DNA of 64,000 bases, from assembly GCA_963667015.2 (NCBI GenBank), contig CAXXJJ010000004.1:3456001-3520000 (forward strand). The letters run 5' to 3'. Below, piece after piece: positions 9,260 to 20,125 of this stretch (within the stretch, counting starts at the first letter, position 1; each line of letters starts with the position of its first letter). The notes under the pieces were generated by a model. It ran no database searches. It was not told the origin of the DNA and saw only the letters and a program-made list of their open reading frames with translations. This stretch comes from Desulfatiglandales bacterium (lineage in GTDB: Bacteria > Desulfobacterota > DSM-4660 > Desulfatiglandales > HGW-15). The position numbers and the translations under genes were made by a program.

Positions 9260-10303
9260 TTACTGCATCTGGTTGGCTATTTTTTGAACCGAATCAACAG
9301 TCTCTTCAATAATAGATGCCAGACTTTCTTCAGGAAGCCCGATAAAATCAAGGGCCTTGCTGTCCATTTTGTATAGCATGCCGTCAATTCCGGTGCCTAT
9401 ACCGCTCATTAAAGAAAGCGAATCAGCAACATGTACAATGTATGCAAGCATATTCTCCCTTGACCTGGAAGGATGATGATGGTAGCAGACCGCGGTTGTA
9501 AGCACTGAGGGGATCTTCCATGTTTGGCACATCTGTGCTGCAATCTCTGAATGATCAAATCCCAGGATATCTTTTTCTGCCTCAAGAAATGTCTTTTCCC
9601 CGCCTTCCATAAATTCTTCAAAAAGGGATTGTCTTTCCATCAGGTATCTATCAAGAACAATTTTACCCGAATCATGAATCAGGCCCGCAGCAAATGCATC
9701 GTTTTCAAGATCAGGCTTTACCTTTTTGGATATTATCTTTGATGCGAGCGCCACAGCCAGTGAATGCTGCCACAGATCACCCGAATCCAGCTTATAACCA
9801 TCCAGTGAATTACCAAGAAGCGTGGAAGAGCCTGCCATGGAAACTATCTCGCCTACAGTCTTGTAGCCTAAAAGCACCGACGCATGCTGGACTGATGAGA
9901 CCTTGCCTGCCAGTCCATAGTAGGCAGAGTTTGACAGTCTTAAAACCCTGGTGGCCATTGCCTGATCGGTTTCAAGTATATCGGAAAGGGCCTTGAAGTT
10001 TGATTTAGGATCGTTCATTACTTCCCGGGCCTTGAACATTACCTGGGGCATAGGGGGCAGTTCCTTCAGCCTTCTCAATATTATTTTCTGGAGGGCTTCA
10101 CCCCTTGGTAAATCTTTTTCTGCTTCAATCGCGGCAGTATTCTTGGGTTCAGGGGGAGACTGAGCGCCATCGGTCTTTGAGCGCAGGTCGATATTAATTA
10201 TGTTCTTACATGAGGGACATGGAAAGGCGACCTTTTCACCATATGGAAGCCTTTCTTCCGGTATGTTATAAACCTTACCACAGCCAGTACATTTAATCTT
10301 CAT
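9260..10303 (-). CDS. Zinc-ribbon (MJ0042-like) + HDOD domain protein
   Basis: CTGC..Y...CPSC N-terminus; LPPMP, DQAMATRVLRLSNSAYYG, LIHDSGK, DHSEIA; start placed at MKIKC. Confidence 0.88.
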   Translation of the reverse strand: MKIKCTGCGKVYNIPEERLPYGEKVAFPCPSCKNIINIDLRSKTDGAQSPPEPKNTAAIEAEKDLPRGEALQKIILRRLKELPPMPQVMFKAREVMNDPKSNFKALSDILETDQAMATRVLRLSNSAYYGLAGKVSSVQHASVLLGYKTVGEIVSMAGSSTLLGNSLDGYKLDSGDLWQHSLAVALASKIISKKVKPDLENDAFAAGLIHDSGKIVLDRYLMERQSLFEEFMEGGEKTFLEAEKDILGFDHSEIAAQMCQTWKIPSVLTTAVCYHHHPSRSRENMLAYIVHVADSLSLMSGIGTGIDGMLYKMDSKALDFIGLPEESLASIIEETVDSVQKIANQMQ

Positions 10304-10355
10304 AGTAAACCTTTCCTCGGGGTAATGTGTCCGCTTCAGCACAACTCTTTTTAAG

Positions 10356-10793
10356 TTAATTAATCTGAATTTCCCCTGTTTCAATATTCAGAAGCATCGA
10401 ACGGATGTTTGATCCGCCAGTCTGATCGGTTTTTATGTTCATCTTTGCCTTTGCCAGGGCAGTCTTTGCAGCTTCTGCGAGCCTCATCCCAACACTGTTA
10501 GCGGTCGGTGCCCCTGCCATGGTGGCTCCACCGGCTATTGCCACGGTGAATGGAGGGCCAGCGCCTTCCTTCTCAAATAACTCAATGGCGTGTGGTATTG
10601 CCGTGTCTGCAAATTTAGCCGGATTTGCAGGTGAGGGGGAGTCTGCCTGCGGAGCCAGGGTATGTATGCCTATTCCTATCTTTTTTGGCTGGCTGTAGAT
10701 TAATATTCCTACTCCTACTCCTACTCGATCTATTTTAATAGTTCCCGAGTTTGCAAGTGTGCACTGCATGATTTTTACTGAAGTCTCTGTCAT
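10356..10793 (-). CDS. CheD-like protein lacking the canonical catalytic Cys
   Basis: GIH..AP, KFADTAI, IAGGA, VG.R, D.TGG...R motifs of CheD; LGSC motif reads VGVG. Confidence 0.8.
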   Translation of the reverse strand: MTETSVKIMQCTLANSGTIKIDRVGVGVGILIYSQPKKIGIGIHTLAPQADSPSPANPAKFADTAIPHAIELFEKEGAGPPFTVAIAGGATMAGAPTANSVGMRLAEAAKTALAKAKMNIKTDQTGGSNIRSMLLNIETGEIQIN

Positions 10794-10855
10794 TCTCCTA
10801 CCGTTTTAAGAACAGATTGATGTATAGATTAAGTAAATAACACTCAATATCATGA

Positions 10856-10871
10856 TGCAATATATATACCG
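10856..10871 (-). promoter_or_regulatory. Putative sigma54 -24/-12 promoter for cheD-like/HDOD
   Basis: Minus strand CGGTATATATATTGCA: GG-N10-GC spacing with TTGC. Confidence 0.5.
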
Positions 10872-11153
10872 TTTAAGTATTTGCATATAATTTTTTTTTC
10901 ACGGAGGGATATATCCTGTACTCAGAGAGCTGCAGCCGCACTATATGGAGAAATACTCCGGCACTGTTCGTCAAAAGAAGACATATTTTAATAATCTAAT
11001 TAGTCAATAATTTGACAACTCTCATTTCTAATGAAAGTTATCCAGAACTTATTTTCCGTTGACAAAAGAAGAAAGAATAGTTTATCACAGTTTATAACTA
11101 TTTAGAGTTAAAGTCTAAATGTATTTCCGGAAACATTTAGCTGGTAATATAAA

Positions 11154-11783
11154 ATGAAAAGCACACACATCAAAGGCATACTACCCATTATCTGTTCAGG
11201 TTTATTTATACTCCTTTTTGCCCAGGGCCTTTATGCCCAAAAAGAACTTATCAGCATAGACGCATACGACAGGCTGCAGACAGTGCCGGATACCTTTCTT
11301 ATTGATGTAAGAACCAGGGCTGAATATCAGTTTGTCGGCCATCCAAAGCGGGCCTACCTGTTCCCCTATATGTTCATGACCTTCAAACTGGCCAAGGTGG
11401 GCGATGGCTATGAATACCAGTACCAGAAAAACGAGGCATTCATCGAAGAAATAAGTAAGGCTTTTAAAAAGAATTATAACCTGCTTATTATTTGCCGGGA
11501 TGGCAAGAGAAGCGCACAGGCAGCCAAAGATTTAATAGATGCCGGCTTTGAAAATGTTTTTAATATCAAGCACGGTTTTGAAGGGAAAGAATTTCCCTAT
11601 AATGAAGACCCCGACCTGGATAAATGGTACAAGAATCTCGCAAGGCAGAACGAGGTAAACGGATTTATGCACCGCCGTCATAACGGATGGCAGTGGTGGG
11701 GGCTTCCCTGGACATATGAAATGGATCCAAAATATCTCTATCCACCCGATCTTTCTCCAAAAACCTCAGCTCGCAATAAGTAA
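11154..11783 (+). CDS. Exported rhodanese-like domain protein
   Basis: Signal peptide; LIDVRTRAEY..VGHP; active-site ICRDGKRS; GFEG. Confidence 0.88.
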   Translation: MKSTHIKGILPIICSGLFILLFAQGLYAQKELISIDAYDRLQTVPDTFLIDVRTRAEYQFVGHPKRAYLFPYMFMTFKLAKVGDGYEYQYQKNEAFIEEISKAFKKNYNLLIICRDGKRSAQAAKDLIDAGFENVFNIKHGFEGKEFPYNEDPDLDKWYKNLARQNEVNGFMHRRHNGWQWWGLPWTYEMDPKYLYPPDLSPKTSARNK

Positions 11784-11938
11784 GTAAAACAGTCATCTTT
11801 TTCTTGCCGTTGATTTTCATACAATAGACAGTTATTATAATTACCGCATGATTTTTAAAATCGACTCAGGCGAACATCTGATAAATCCTGATCGCCTTTA
11901 TTATCCTTCATCTAATAGCTTAAACAGTGGGTGCCGAC

Positions 11939-14932
11939 ATGAGTTCAATTACAGATCGATTAAAGGGTATTGCCTGGTATAAATGGGTGTCAGCCGCATG
12001 TATATTTTTATATCTAATTTATTTATCCCTTTCCTGGTTATACCTTCCCGGAAAACTTAAACGGGTAACAGAGACAGATGTTTCAACGATGATCGGCCGA
12101 GAGATATCTGTTGAAAAGATAAGTTTCAATCCCTTTACTCTGTCACTTTCCGCAGATAATTTTTCTATCTCGGAAAAAGATAAAACGCATCTGGTTGCAT
12201 GGGATCAGCTGGTTGTAAACCTGGGTTTCTGGAGGTCTGTTTTTTCATGGGGGATTGCCCTCGATCAGTTTTACCTGGACAGTCCCAGCATAAAGATCGT
12301 TAAAGATAAGGACGGTTTTAATTTTAATGATATTATTGAACGGCTCTCCACTTCTGAACCGGAAACCAATACTCCTCAGGATAAAAAAGAAGAAAGCGGA
12401 TCAATTTCAATTGAAATAAATAATACATCAATAAACGGGGGAGAGTTTGCCTATTCTGATGTCAGTGGGACTGCCCGTGCCGGTATCGACCTGGATGATA
12501 TTTCACTTTCAGTGGAAAAGCTCTATTTTGCTACGGGAGATAAAGACCTGAATCCATTCAGCCTCAAGGCCAAGGGACCAAGGGGAAGCCGGATAGAACT
12601 GGGGGGAAGCTACAGGGTTGACCCTCTGCATGTTGAAGGAAATATCAGGGCAGAGGGGGTTGGATTATCCTATTTCAGCGGTTTTCTTGAAAATATTATA
12701 CCAGTAAAACTAAGCGGGGGCATGCTTTCCTTTGGAACGAATATCCTTGTGACAAATGACAACCAGTTCATCCTGAAGACAAAAAACGGAAATATATCGA
12801 TAGATGATCTGGTAGTTGATGACAGCGTTCCTGAGCCCTCCATGCTTAAGGCCGGCAGTATCGACGTGCAGGATTTCAGTTTTGATCTTACCGGGCAAAA
12901 GGTAGTTGTTCAAAGGGTGCTTTTAGATGAGATTACCCTGAACCAGTGGATCGATGGGAATGGCAGGCCAAGGTATGAAGAACTGCTCCCAGGAGAGGCA
13001 CAGGGAGAATCGGCAGAAAAGAAAACTCCTTCCGGAGACAGTGAAAAAACGCCCTGGGGCCTTATGATAAAGCAGGTCTCTCTTAAAAACAGCATAATCA
13101 ACTTTGATGACCAGAATGAAGAAATAACCAGGGGACATTCACTATCAGAAATAAACATTGATATAAATGATATCTCCCTTGCACCTGAAAGCAAAATATC
13201 TGTTCGTCTTGCCGCTATGCTTGATGATAAGGGCGGAATAAATGTTGAGGGCATACTGAGCCCTTCTCCCTTTTCAATGGAGCTGACCTATCACTTGGAT
13301 AAGATCCTGCTTAGCCCTTTCTCCGAATATATTGAAACCGCCTCATGGTTAGGCATAGAGAATGGCAGCCTTTCTGTTGAAGGGAAGGTATCTGTCAGTG
13401 AGGGGGAAAAGCCCGGCATTAATGCTTTCGCCAGCTTTGGCGTGGATGATTTCAGGCTCAGGGATTCCCGTTCAGGAAAACCTGTTTTCGGATTGAAGAC
13501 CTTCAGGCTTGATGACATAAAGGCGGACGTGGATAAACAGAATGTTTCGATTGCCTCTGTCAGCATTTTAAAACCGGATTTCAATTTAAGCATATCTGAT
13601 AACAGGGAGTTTAATCTCTCGGGACTGACGAAAGAAAAAAATGACGAGACAATTCCTGATTCCCCGGGAGAGGCATCGGATAAATCTACGGACTGGAAAT
13701 TTGAAATAGATAAAGTCAGCATGAGTGACGGCACCCTTCTATTCTCTGATAACAGTATAAAGCCTGCCTACAAAAGCGGCCTGTATAATATGACTTTTTC
13801 ACTGGATAAAATTGGATCGGACATAAAGAACCCTGCACCCTTTTCCTTTAAAACAGAAATAGACAAATACGCACCCTTTACTATTACCGGCACCCTTGAC
13901 CCTATTGACAGGCAACCGGGATTTGACTTTAACAGCATGTTAAAAGGACTTGATATGCCAACGCTGTCACCCTATTCCGGCGTGTATATCGGTAACAACC
14001 TGAAAAGCGGAAAGCTCTCGCTCAGCCTTGACTATGCCCTTCATGACCGGAAGCTAAAGGGTAAAAATAATATAAACGCCAAAAATCTTTACCTAGGAGA
14101 AAAGCTGCCTGTCGAACCTGTCGTCAATGCACCCGTGGGGCTCGGCCTTGCACTCCTGCGTGACCTGTCAGGAGTAATCGACCTTGATGTGGGGGTATCA
14201 GGTGACCTTGATGATCCGGGTTTCAGCGTTACCGGTGTGATAGTTAAGGCCCTCGTTAACATAATAGTTAAGGCGGCCGCATCTCCCTTTAAGCTGCTTG
14301 GGGCATTGATCCCTGGAGGGGGTGACGACCTAGGGAATGTTACCTTTGATCCAGGGAGCCCCTCCTTGAATCAGGCGAATAAGGGCAGGCTCAAAAACCT
14401 TGTGGATGCACTTAATAAAAGGCCCCAGCTTATCCTGACTGTAAGAGGTAACGCCTCCGGCCCGGAAGATATTGAAGCACTGAAGATTATGGGGCTGAAA
14501 AACCTTGTCGCAGAAAAGCGTGCAGCAGTATTATCTGTTATAGAGCAGGAATTACTGGCTCAGGATTTCTGGATGATCGGGGAAAACCGACCGGTGCTGG
14601 AAACAATCAATAATGAAATGGGCCTGCCCGCTATTGCCGAAAGGATGAATGAAGCGATGCCTGCCGGTGATGCTGAAACACAGGATGAGACAGGAAGTCA
14701 GGATACAACTCTTGCCGAGCAAAAAGTATATAAACAGGTTTACGATGACATCATCGCAGCCTGGAAAATCGGAGAGGATAAACTTCTTTCCCTTGCTGAC
14801 GAAAGAGCGCTTTCAATCAAACAGTATCTGGTAGATGACCTTAAGCTCAGTCATGAAAGGGTATCAGTAATAAAAAGCATTGCCGGTGATCTTTCAGGAA
14901 GGGTTATCAGCCTGGGAGTGGATGCAATGTAG
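11939..14932 (+). CDS. DUF748 repeat protein (AsmA-like) with C-terminal OmpA-like region
   Basis: N-terminal TM, FNPFTL motif, repeated beta-rich units, ALLRD..G.IDL...VSGDLDDPGFS, LA.ERA..IK.YL. Confidence 0.85.
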   Translation: MSSITDRLKGIAWYKWVSAACIFLYLIYLSLSWLYLPGKLKRVTETDVSTMIGREISVEKISFNPFTLSLSADNFSISEKDKTHLVAWDQLVVNLGFWRSVFSWGIALDQFYLDSPSIKIVKDKDGFNFNDIIERLSTSEPETNTPQDKKEESGSISIEINNTSINGGEFAYSDVSGTARAGIDLDDISLSVEKLYFATGDKDLNPFSLKAKGPRGSRIELGGSYRVDPLHVEGNIRAEGVGLSYFSGFLENIIPVKLSGGMLSFGTNILVTNDNQFILKTKNGNISIDDLVVDDSVPEPSMLKAGSIDVQDFSFDLTGQKVVVQRVLLDEITLNQWIDGNGRPRYEELLPGEAQGESAEKKTPSGDSEKTPWGLMIKQVSLKNSIINFDDQNEEITRGHSLSEINIDINDISLAPESKISVRLAAMLDDKGGINVEGILSPSPFSMELTYHLDKILLSPFSEYIETASWLGIENGSLSVEGKVSVSEGEKPGINAFASFGVDDFRLRDSRSGKPVFGLKTFRLDDIKADVDKQNVSIASVSILKPDFNLSISDNREFNLSGLTKEKNDETIPDSPGEASDKSTDWKFEIDKVSMSDGTLLFSDNSIKPAYKSGLYNMTFSLDKIGSDIKNPAPFSFKTEIDKYAPFTITGTLDPIDRQPGFDFNSMLKGLDMPTLSPYSGVYIGNNLKSGKLSLSLDYALHDRKLKGKNNINAKNLYLGEKLPVEPVVNAPVGLGLALLRDLSGVIDLDVGVSGDLDDPGFSVTGVIVKALVNIIVKAAASPFKLLGALIPGGGDDLGNVTFDPGSPSLNQANKGRLKNLVDALNKRPQLILTVRGNASGPEDIEALKIMGLKNLVAEKRAAVLSVIEQELLAQDFWMIGENRPVLETINNEMGLPAIAERMNEAMPAGDAETQDETGSQDTTLAEQKVYKQVYDDIIAAWKIGEDKLLSLADERALSIKQYLVDDLKLSHERVSVIKSIAGDLSGRVISLGVDAM

Positions 14933-15062
14933 TATTTCTATAAGTATCTGAAAAACAACAAGCCCCCAGAAAACAGGACTATCCTGAATTGGAGGCTTGT
15001 AGTTTAAATTATTCTTAATATCCCGCTCTTTCAGATTGCAGGATATCGGGGGGATCAGAAAA

Positions 15063-15311
15063 TCAGGCGGATTTTACATTATCCTTCAGCTGAGCGATCT
15101 GTAACCCGAGAGATACACACTGTTTTCCATCCATGCAGCCATTCGCATCTTCGGGCTCAAGATAGGTCTTAAGCTCATGCCCTTCACTTTTAAGGTCTAC
15201 TGCCCATGCATTTCTGTCTGCATCCCACTCTGCGTCGATATCAATGCCGCACTCGCCGATTTCAGGGTAAATATCCCTGATCTTTTGACACAGTTCCTTT
15301 TTGTCATGCAT
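15063..15311 (-). CDS. Hypothetical protein (82 aa, Cys-containing)
   Basis: Strong SD (AGGAGG) and ATG; adjacent to the methyltransferase stop. Confidence 0.75.
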   Translation of the reverse strand: MHDKKELCQKIRDIYPEIGECGIDIDAEWDADRNAWAVDLKSEGHELKTYLEPEDANGCMDGKQCVSLGLQIAQLKDNVKSA

Positions 15312-15312
15312 C

Positions 15313-15837
15313 TTAACTTCCTCCTTTTTGAGTTATTATTCCTGCCACTGCTTTTCCTTTACCAATTATTCCTTCACGATACCTGAGACACCGGAATTCT
15401 CTGAAAAAATCAAGTAACTCATTATGTTTCAACAGGTAGTCCGGATTGGTCGGCCTTCCGAACTGTGCCTGCTCAGTAATATAAGTCTCATAAACAATTA
15501 TACCATCTGGGCGGAGCCCTTTTTTTATACAGGGGATAAGGGACCTTTGAAGAAAATTGAAACATATAATTACATTATAGCTTTTTTCTTTGATAAAAGA
15601 ATCTTTTTCAAGATCTACCTGATGGGTTGAAATCTCTACGTGTTTTTCCTTTGCCAGCTTCCGGGCACTGTCAATAGCCTCCTGTGAGTTGTCAATTCCC
15701 TCCACCTGAAAACCCAGCGAGGCAAGGTATACGGAATTCCGGCCTCCTCCCATAGCCACATCAAGGACTTTACCCTTTGGGAGCAGCAGGATATTTTCTA
15801 CCAGAAATTCTGATGGAATATTGTTGTGTGTATGCAT
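15313..15837 (-). CDS. Class I SAM-dependent methyltransferase (TehB-like)
   Basis: VLDVAMGGGRNSVYLA motif I; start moved to 15837 because the longer start lies inside a REP. Confidence 0.85.
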   Translation of the reverse strand: MHTHNNIPSEFLVENILLLPKGKVLDVAMGGGRNSVYLASLGFQVEGIDNSQEAIDSARKLAKEKHVEISTHQVDLEKDSFIKEKSYNVIICFNFLQRSLIPCIKKGLRPDGIIVYETYITEQAQFGRPTNPDYLLKHNELLDFFREFRCLRYREGIIGKGKAVAGIITQKGGS

Positions 15838-15857
15838 GATTGCCAAATTTAACATTA

Positions 15858-15886
15858 GTCGGGCAGTCACCCAGGTCTGCCCCTAC
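15858..15886 (-). repeat. GTAG-type REP-like palindrome
   Basis: Minus strand GTAGGGGCAGACCTGGGTGACTGCCCGAC. Confidence 0.6.
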
Positions 15887-15901
15887 GGTTAAACAATTGT
15901 T

Positions 15902-17098
15902 TTAGATACTGCTGAAATCAAAACCCTCTTTCAGTATTTCATCCTTTACAGCCGAGACATCTGTTTTCGCTGTCATCAGCCTTGTTATTTTATTAAACAC
16001 CTTTGTGTCTCCCAGCATTATGCAGCCGATAATTCTGTTATCATCAATAACTATCTTTTTGTAGGTGCTCTCATCACTCACGGTCCTGGATTCATATTTG
16101 TTATCCGCATCTATATCTCCGGCAGAAGCAAGATCAATACCAGCAACCTTCAGGGTGTTGGCCATTGTTGTTCCCGCATAAGCTGTTTCAACTCCAGCCA
16201 TGTTTAATCCGGCGATCCTGCCCTGATCCATTGCTGCCGGCCATATACCATAGGGCATCCCGTTAAACTCGGCTACATCCCCGGCTGCATAGATATCCGG
16301 TTTGTTTGTAAGCAGATGCTCATTGATCTTAATTCCCTTATCGCTTTCAAGACCCAGCGGTTCAGCCAGGTCCATGTTGGGCCGCACCCCGGCTGAAAAC
16401 ACAACCATCTGAGCGGGAAGGGTTTCACCTCCCGCAAGACGAACAGCCGTTACTGTATTCTCTCCTTCTATTTCCTCTGTCTTTGCATCAAGCCTGAAGG
16501 TAAATCCCATACCCTCCATTATTGTCTGCAGTCTCTTTGCTCCGTCAACATCAAGCTGTCTCGGCAGCAGACGCGGGAAGAACTCTACAATGGTCACACC
16601 CTTACCCATCTTTCTAAAGGCATTTCCAGCCTCAAGGCCAAGAAGCCCGCCCCCTATAACCACAATATCCTTAACATTACAGGCATAATCCATGATACCC
16701 CTGGCATCACCTATATTCCGTACGGCAAAAACGCCTGTTGTCAGATATCCATTGACAGGTGGCATAAACGAATGACTTCCTGTGGCAATGAGGAGTTTAT
16801 CATATACAAGGGTCTCTCCCTTATCAGTCGCGACGGTCTTATTGTCAGGATCTGCGCCAGTGACCCGTGTATTCAGCCTCAGATCAATATCATTGTCCTC
16901 ATACCATGAGGCCTTTTTGGCCAGGAGGGCATCCTGATCTATATCGCCTGAAATATATTCATTAAGCCTGATCCTGTAATAAAAGGACAGATCTTCATCG
17001 GTTATTATGGTAATCCTGCCGCTGCTGTCGTTCTTTCTGATATTTTCAGCAGCGGTAGTACCTGCCACGCCATTGCCTATTATTATATATTGTGTCAT
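15902..17098 (-). CDS. NAD(P)/FAD-dependent oxidoreductase (rubredoxin-reductase / NirB N-terminal-like)
   Basis: IIGNGVAG, LLIATGS, VIGGGLLGLE, T..PDIYAAGD, LKVAG. Confidence 0.9.
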   Translation of the reverse strand: MTQYIIIGNGVAGTTAAENIRKNDSSGRITIITDEDLSFYYRIRLNEYISGDIDQDALLAKKASWYEDNDIDLRLNTRVTGADPDNKTVATDKGETLVYDKLLIATGSHSFMPPVNGYLTTGVFAVRNIGDARGIMDYACNVKDIVVIGGGLLGLEAGNAFRKMGKGVTIVEFFPRLLPRQLDVDGAKRLQTIMEGMGFTFRLDAKTEEIEGENTVTAVRLAGGETLPAQMVVFSAGVRPNMDLAEPLGLESDKGIKINEHLLTNKPDIYAAGDVAEFNGMPYGIWPAAMDQGRIAGLNMAGVETAYAGTTMANTLKVAGIDLASAGDIDADNKYESRTVSDESTYKKIVIDDNRIIGCIMLGDTKVFNKITRLMTAKTDVSAVKDEILKEGFDFSSI

Positions 17099-17163
17099 CG
17101 TGCTGCCTCCAATGGTGAATTTAAGCCAGTAAATAAATACAGGACATAAATTCTGATTGTCAT

Positions 17164-19641
17164 TTATTTTTTTGCCGGGCTTTTTTTCTTTGAAGCATTA
17201 CCGTTACCGTTATTATCTTTTCCGAATCTTGTAAGCCCCTCTGCAAGGTCCTTTAATTTTTTATCAACAAGGCAGTTGATCGTATCCTTGGGGTATGAGC
17301 CGTCATCCTTTTTTATCCCGGCCTTTTTCCCGGTAAGGATCTCAATGCCTTCGTCAATGGTCTTTACTGAATAGACCTTGAATTTTCCATTCTTTACGGC
17401 ATCCACCACATCTTTTCTGAGCATCAGGTCCTTTACATTTGATTCAGGTATCATTACGCCCTGGCTGCCGGTAAGCCCCTTCCTTTTGCAGCAGTCAAAG
17501 AATCCCTCGATCTTTTGATTTACCCCGCCTATGGGTTGGACCTCACCTTTCTGGTTTACCGAACCGGTGACAGCAATACTCTGTTTTATTGGAACACCCG
17601 AAAGACTGGAAAGGAGTGCGTAAATCTCCGTTGATGATGCACTGTCCCCGTCAACACCGCCATAGGACTGCTCAAACGCTATGCTTGCACTCATTGTCAG
17701 GGGTTTATCCTGGGCATATTTTTCTCTAAGGTAGCCGCCGAGGATGAGAACACCCTTGTTATGGGTGCTTCCTGACATGTCCGACTCCCTTTCGATATTG
17801 ATGATTCCCGCACGGCCCATTGAGGTTGATGCGGTTATTCTTGAAGGCTTTCCAAACATGTAATCGCCAAGGCTGTAGACAGCAAGCCCGTTCACCTGAC
17901 CAACCACTTCACCCTCAATATCAATCATGAGCGTGCCGCGGTCAATCATCTCCTGAAGCTTTTCCTCGGTCATATTGGATCTGTAGATCCTCGATTCAAT
18001 TGCCTTATCAACATGGACATCGGATACGGTCTTCTTTCTGCCCTGAGCCGCCCAGTAGCTCGCCTCCCTGATAATATCTGTAAGCGCTGGAAAACCTGTG
18101 GATATTTTTTCCTGCCTGCCCGACATCCTGACTGCCTGTTCAATAAGGGCCGTCACCCCTTTTTTGTTAAAGGGATTTAGATTCTCCTCTTCAGTTTTCA
18201 TCCTGATGAATTCGGCAAATTTCAATATTGCCTTGTCATCATTATTCATGGACGTATCAAAGTCTGCCCTTACCTTGAATATCTTGGGTATATCCGGATC
18301 CATACTCATGAGCATGTGATAGTAATAGCTTTCGGATATGAGAACCACCTTGACGTCCATGTCCACGGGTTCAGGTTTCAGGCCTGTGGTTGTAAACAGG
18401 TAAAAGGGATCATAGGTCTCTATCTGCATGGCCTGATTTTTAAGCGCCCTTTTCAGTGCCGGCCACACACCCGGTTCACTCGCAGCCTCCAGCAGGTTCA
18501 GCACAAGAAAACCGCCGTTTGCCTTTACAAGAGAGCCCGCCCTTATCTTGCTGAAGTCTGTGCGCCAGACACCGCTCCTGTCCACAACCCTCTCAATGCT
18601 GCCAAAGACATTCTGGTATGAAGGATTGGTCTCGACGATTACAGGAGGTCCTTTCTGGGAGGAATTATCAACAAGGAGATTGACCTTGTATATCTCAAAG
18701 GAATTTCCCTTTGCACCCATAACAGGCAGTCCCGGGATCATTTCCTGCTGCTGACTCATAAAGATCTGAAGGTTCTCACTCATATCCTCAATCATGTCAT
18801 TAAGGAATGCCTCCACCTTTTTATCCTTGTATCTGTTTTTTAATGGTGCAACAAGCTCGTTTGCCATACCGGTAAACAGAACCCTGTCCATCTCTTCGGT
18901 ATTCTGCTGGATCTCCTTCTGCAGGTCTCTCAACTCAAGGAATATCTGATCTATTTCATCCCGGAACACAAGATACTTTTCCTCAAGTTTCTCAAACTCC
19001 TCCTTTGGAAAACGCCCCTTTTCAACCATCTGCTCAATCTGGTCAATACTTGTGGGCTTGCCATCCACAAGGGGCACTACTTCAGGCCTTTTTATCTGGC
19101 CGACTTGGACATCCACCACTGCAAAACCTTCAGCCCTTACCTTCTTATCCAGCTCCTTGAAAAAGCTTTTACCCTTTTTTTCATATTCTTCCAGTATCTC
19201 TTTTTTCCGGTTTATATAATCCTGTCCTTCAAATATCCGGGGTACTTCCCGTTTAAGGGTCTCAATAAAATCATGGACATCCTTTTTGAATTTTTTACCC
19301 TGTCCTGCTTTTAATCTTATAAGCACAGGCGCGTCATTCTTTTTAAAATTGTTTATATAGCACAGGTCATCCGGGATACTGCCGTTTCCATTGGAAATTT
19401 TCTGCAGCAGTTTTTTTACAGTTGCGAGCCTGCCAGTCCCTGACGGGCCTGTCACATAAATATTATAACCCGATCCTTTGATGCCCGCCCCGAAGTTGAA
19501 CGCCTCAACACCTCTTGCCTGGCCTATTATCTCGGTTAATGGTTTGAGTTCATCTGTTGTTTTAAAAGGCAGTTTCTTTGGATCGAGTTTCCTCCTGAGA
19601 TCTGCAACCGCTACTTCCCTGCCTGTTTTTTTCCTGGGCAT
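17164..19641 (-). CDS. Lon-family (S16) protease, LonC-like, with degenerate Walker A
   Basis: IIGQARG, GPSGTGR, KANGGFL, GQVNGLAV, catalytic VDGDSAS...KIEGF. Confidence 0.88.
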   Translation of the reverse strand: MPRKKTGREVAVADLRRKLDPKKLPFKTTDELKPLTEIIGQARGVEAFNFGAGIKGSGYNIYVTGPSGTGRLATVKKLLQKISNGNGSIPDDLCYINNFKKNDAPVLIRLKAGQGKKFKKDVHDFIETLKREVPRIFEGQDYINRKKEILEEYEKKGKSFFKELDKKVRAEGFAVVDVQVGQIKRPEVVPLVDGKPTSIDQIEQMVEKGRFPKEEFEKLEEKYLVFRDEIDQIFLELRDLQKEIQQNTEEMDRVLFTGMANELVAPLKNRYKDKKVEAFLNDMIEDMSENLQIFMSQQQEMIPGLPVMGAKGNSFEIYKVNLLVDNSSQKGPPVIVETNPSYQNVFGSIERVVDRSGVWRTDFSKIRAGSLVKANGGFLVLNLLEAASEPGVWPALKRALKNQAMQIETYDPFYLFTTTGLKPEPVDMDVKVVLISESYYYHMLMSMDPDIPKIFKVRADFDTSMNNDDKAILKFAEFIRMKTEEENLNPFNKKGVTALIEQAVRMSGRQEKISTGFPALTDIIREASYWAAQGRKKTVSDVHVDKAIESRIYRSNMTEEKLQEMIDRGTLMIDIEGEVVGQVNGLAVYSLGDYMFGKPSRITASTSMGRAGIINIERESDMSGSTHNKGVLILGGYLREKYAQDKPLTMSASIAFEQSYGGVDGDSASSTEIYALLSSLSGVPIKQSIAVTGSVNQKGEVQPIGGVNQKIEGFFDCCKRKGLTGSQGVMIPESNVKDLMLRKDVVDAVKNGKFKVYSVKTIDEGIEILTGKKAGIKKDDGSYPKDTINCLVDKKLKDLAEGLTRFGKDNNGNGNASKKKSPAKK

Positions 19642-19678
19642 ATAACCTCCGTATTTTTTAACTGGAAAATTGAATTTT

Positions 19679-20125
19679 CTACCTGAGCCTTACCTTTACT
19701 CCCCGTTTTTCCTCACCCGAGTATTTTGGCATTATTACCTTTAACAGGCCTTTCTCATAGGTAGCCGCAGCCTTTGAGGCTACAATCCTTTTAGGAATGG
19801 CTATTGATTTTGAAAATGAACTGTATCTGCTTTCATACCGATGATTATCTGCATCTTTATTAACACTATCCTGCCTTATTTCTCCTGAGATTGTCAGAAC
19901 ATTATCGGTGATATCTATTTCAATATCATCCGGATTTATTCCGGGGATTTCCGCCCTGAGGATGATATCCCTGTCCGTTTCCACCAGATCAAAATGAGGT
20001 CTCTTAAGTGTTATGCCCGGACACGATGCCGGGGCAAATTCTCCGAGCATTCTTTCAAGCATGCGATCCATGTCCCTTCGCAGTTTGCCTATTTTCTGCC
20101 TTTTCCAGATAACCAGTTCAGGCAT
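19679..20125 (-). CDS. Hsp20/alpha-crystallin small heat-shock protein
   Basis: DLVET...AEIPGI..DDI.I....LTISGE; ATYEKGLL.V..PK. Confidence 0.92.
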   Translation of the reverse strand: MPELVIWKRQKIGKLRRDMDRMLERMLGEFAPASCPGITLKRPHFDLVETDRDIILRAEIPGINPDDIEIDITDNVLTISGEIRQDSVNKDADNHRYESRYSSFSKSIAIPKRIVASKAAATYEKGLLKVIMPKYSGEEKRGVKVRLR

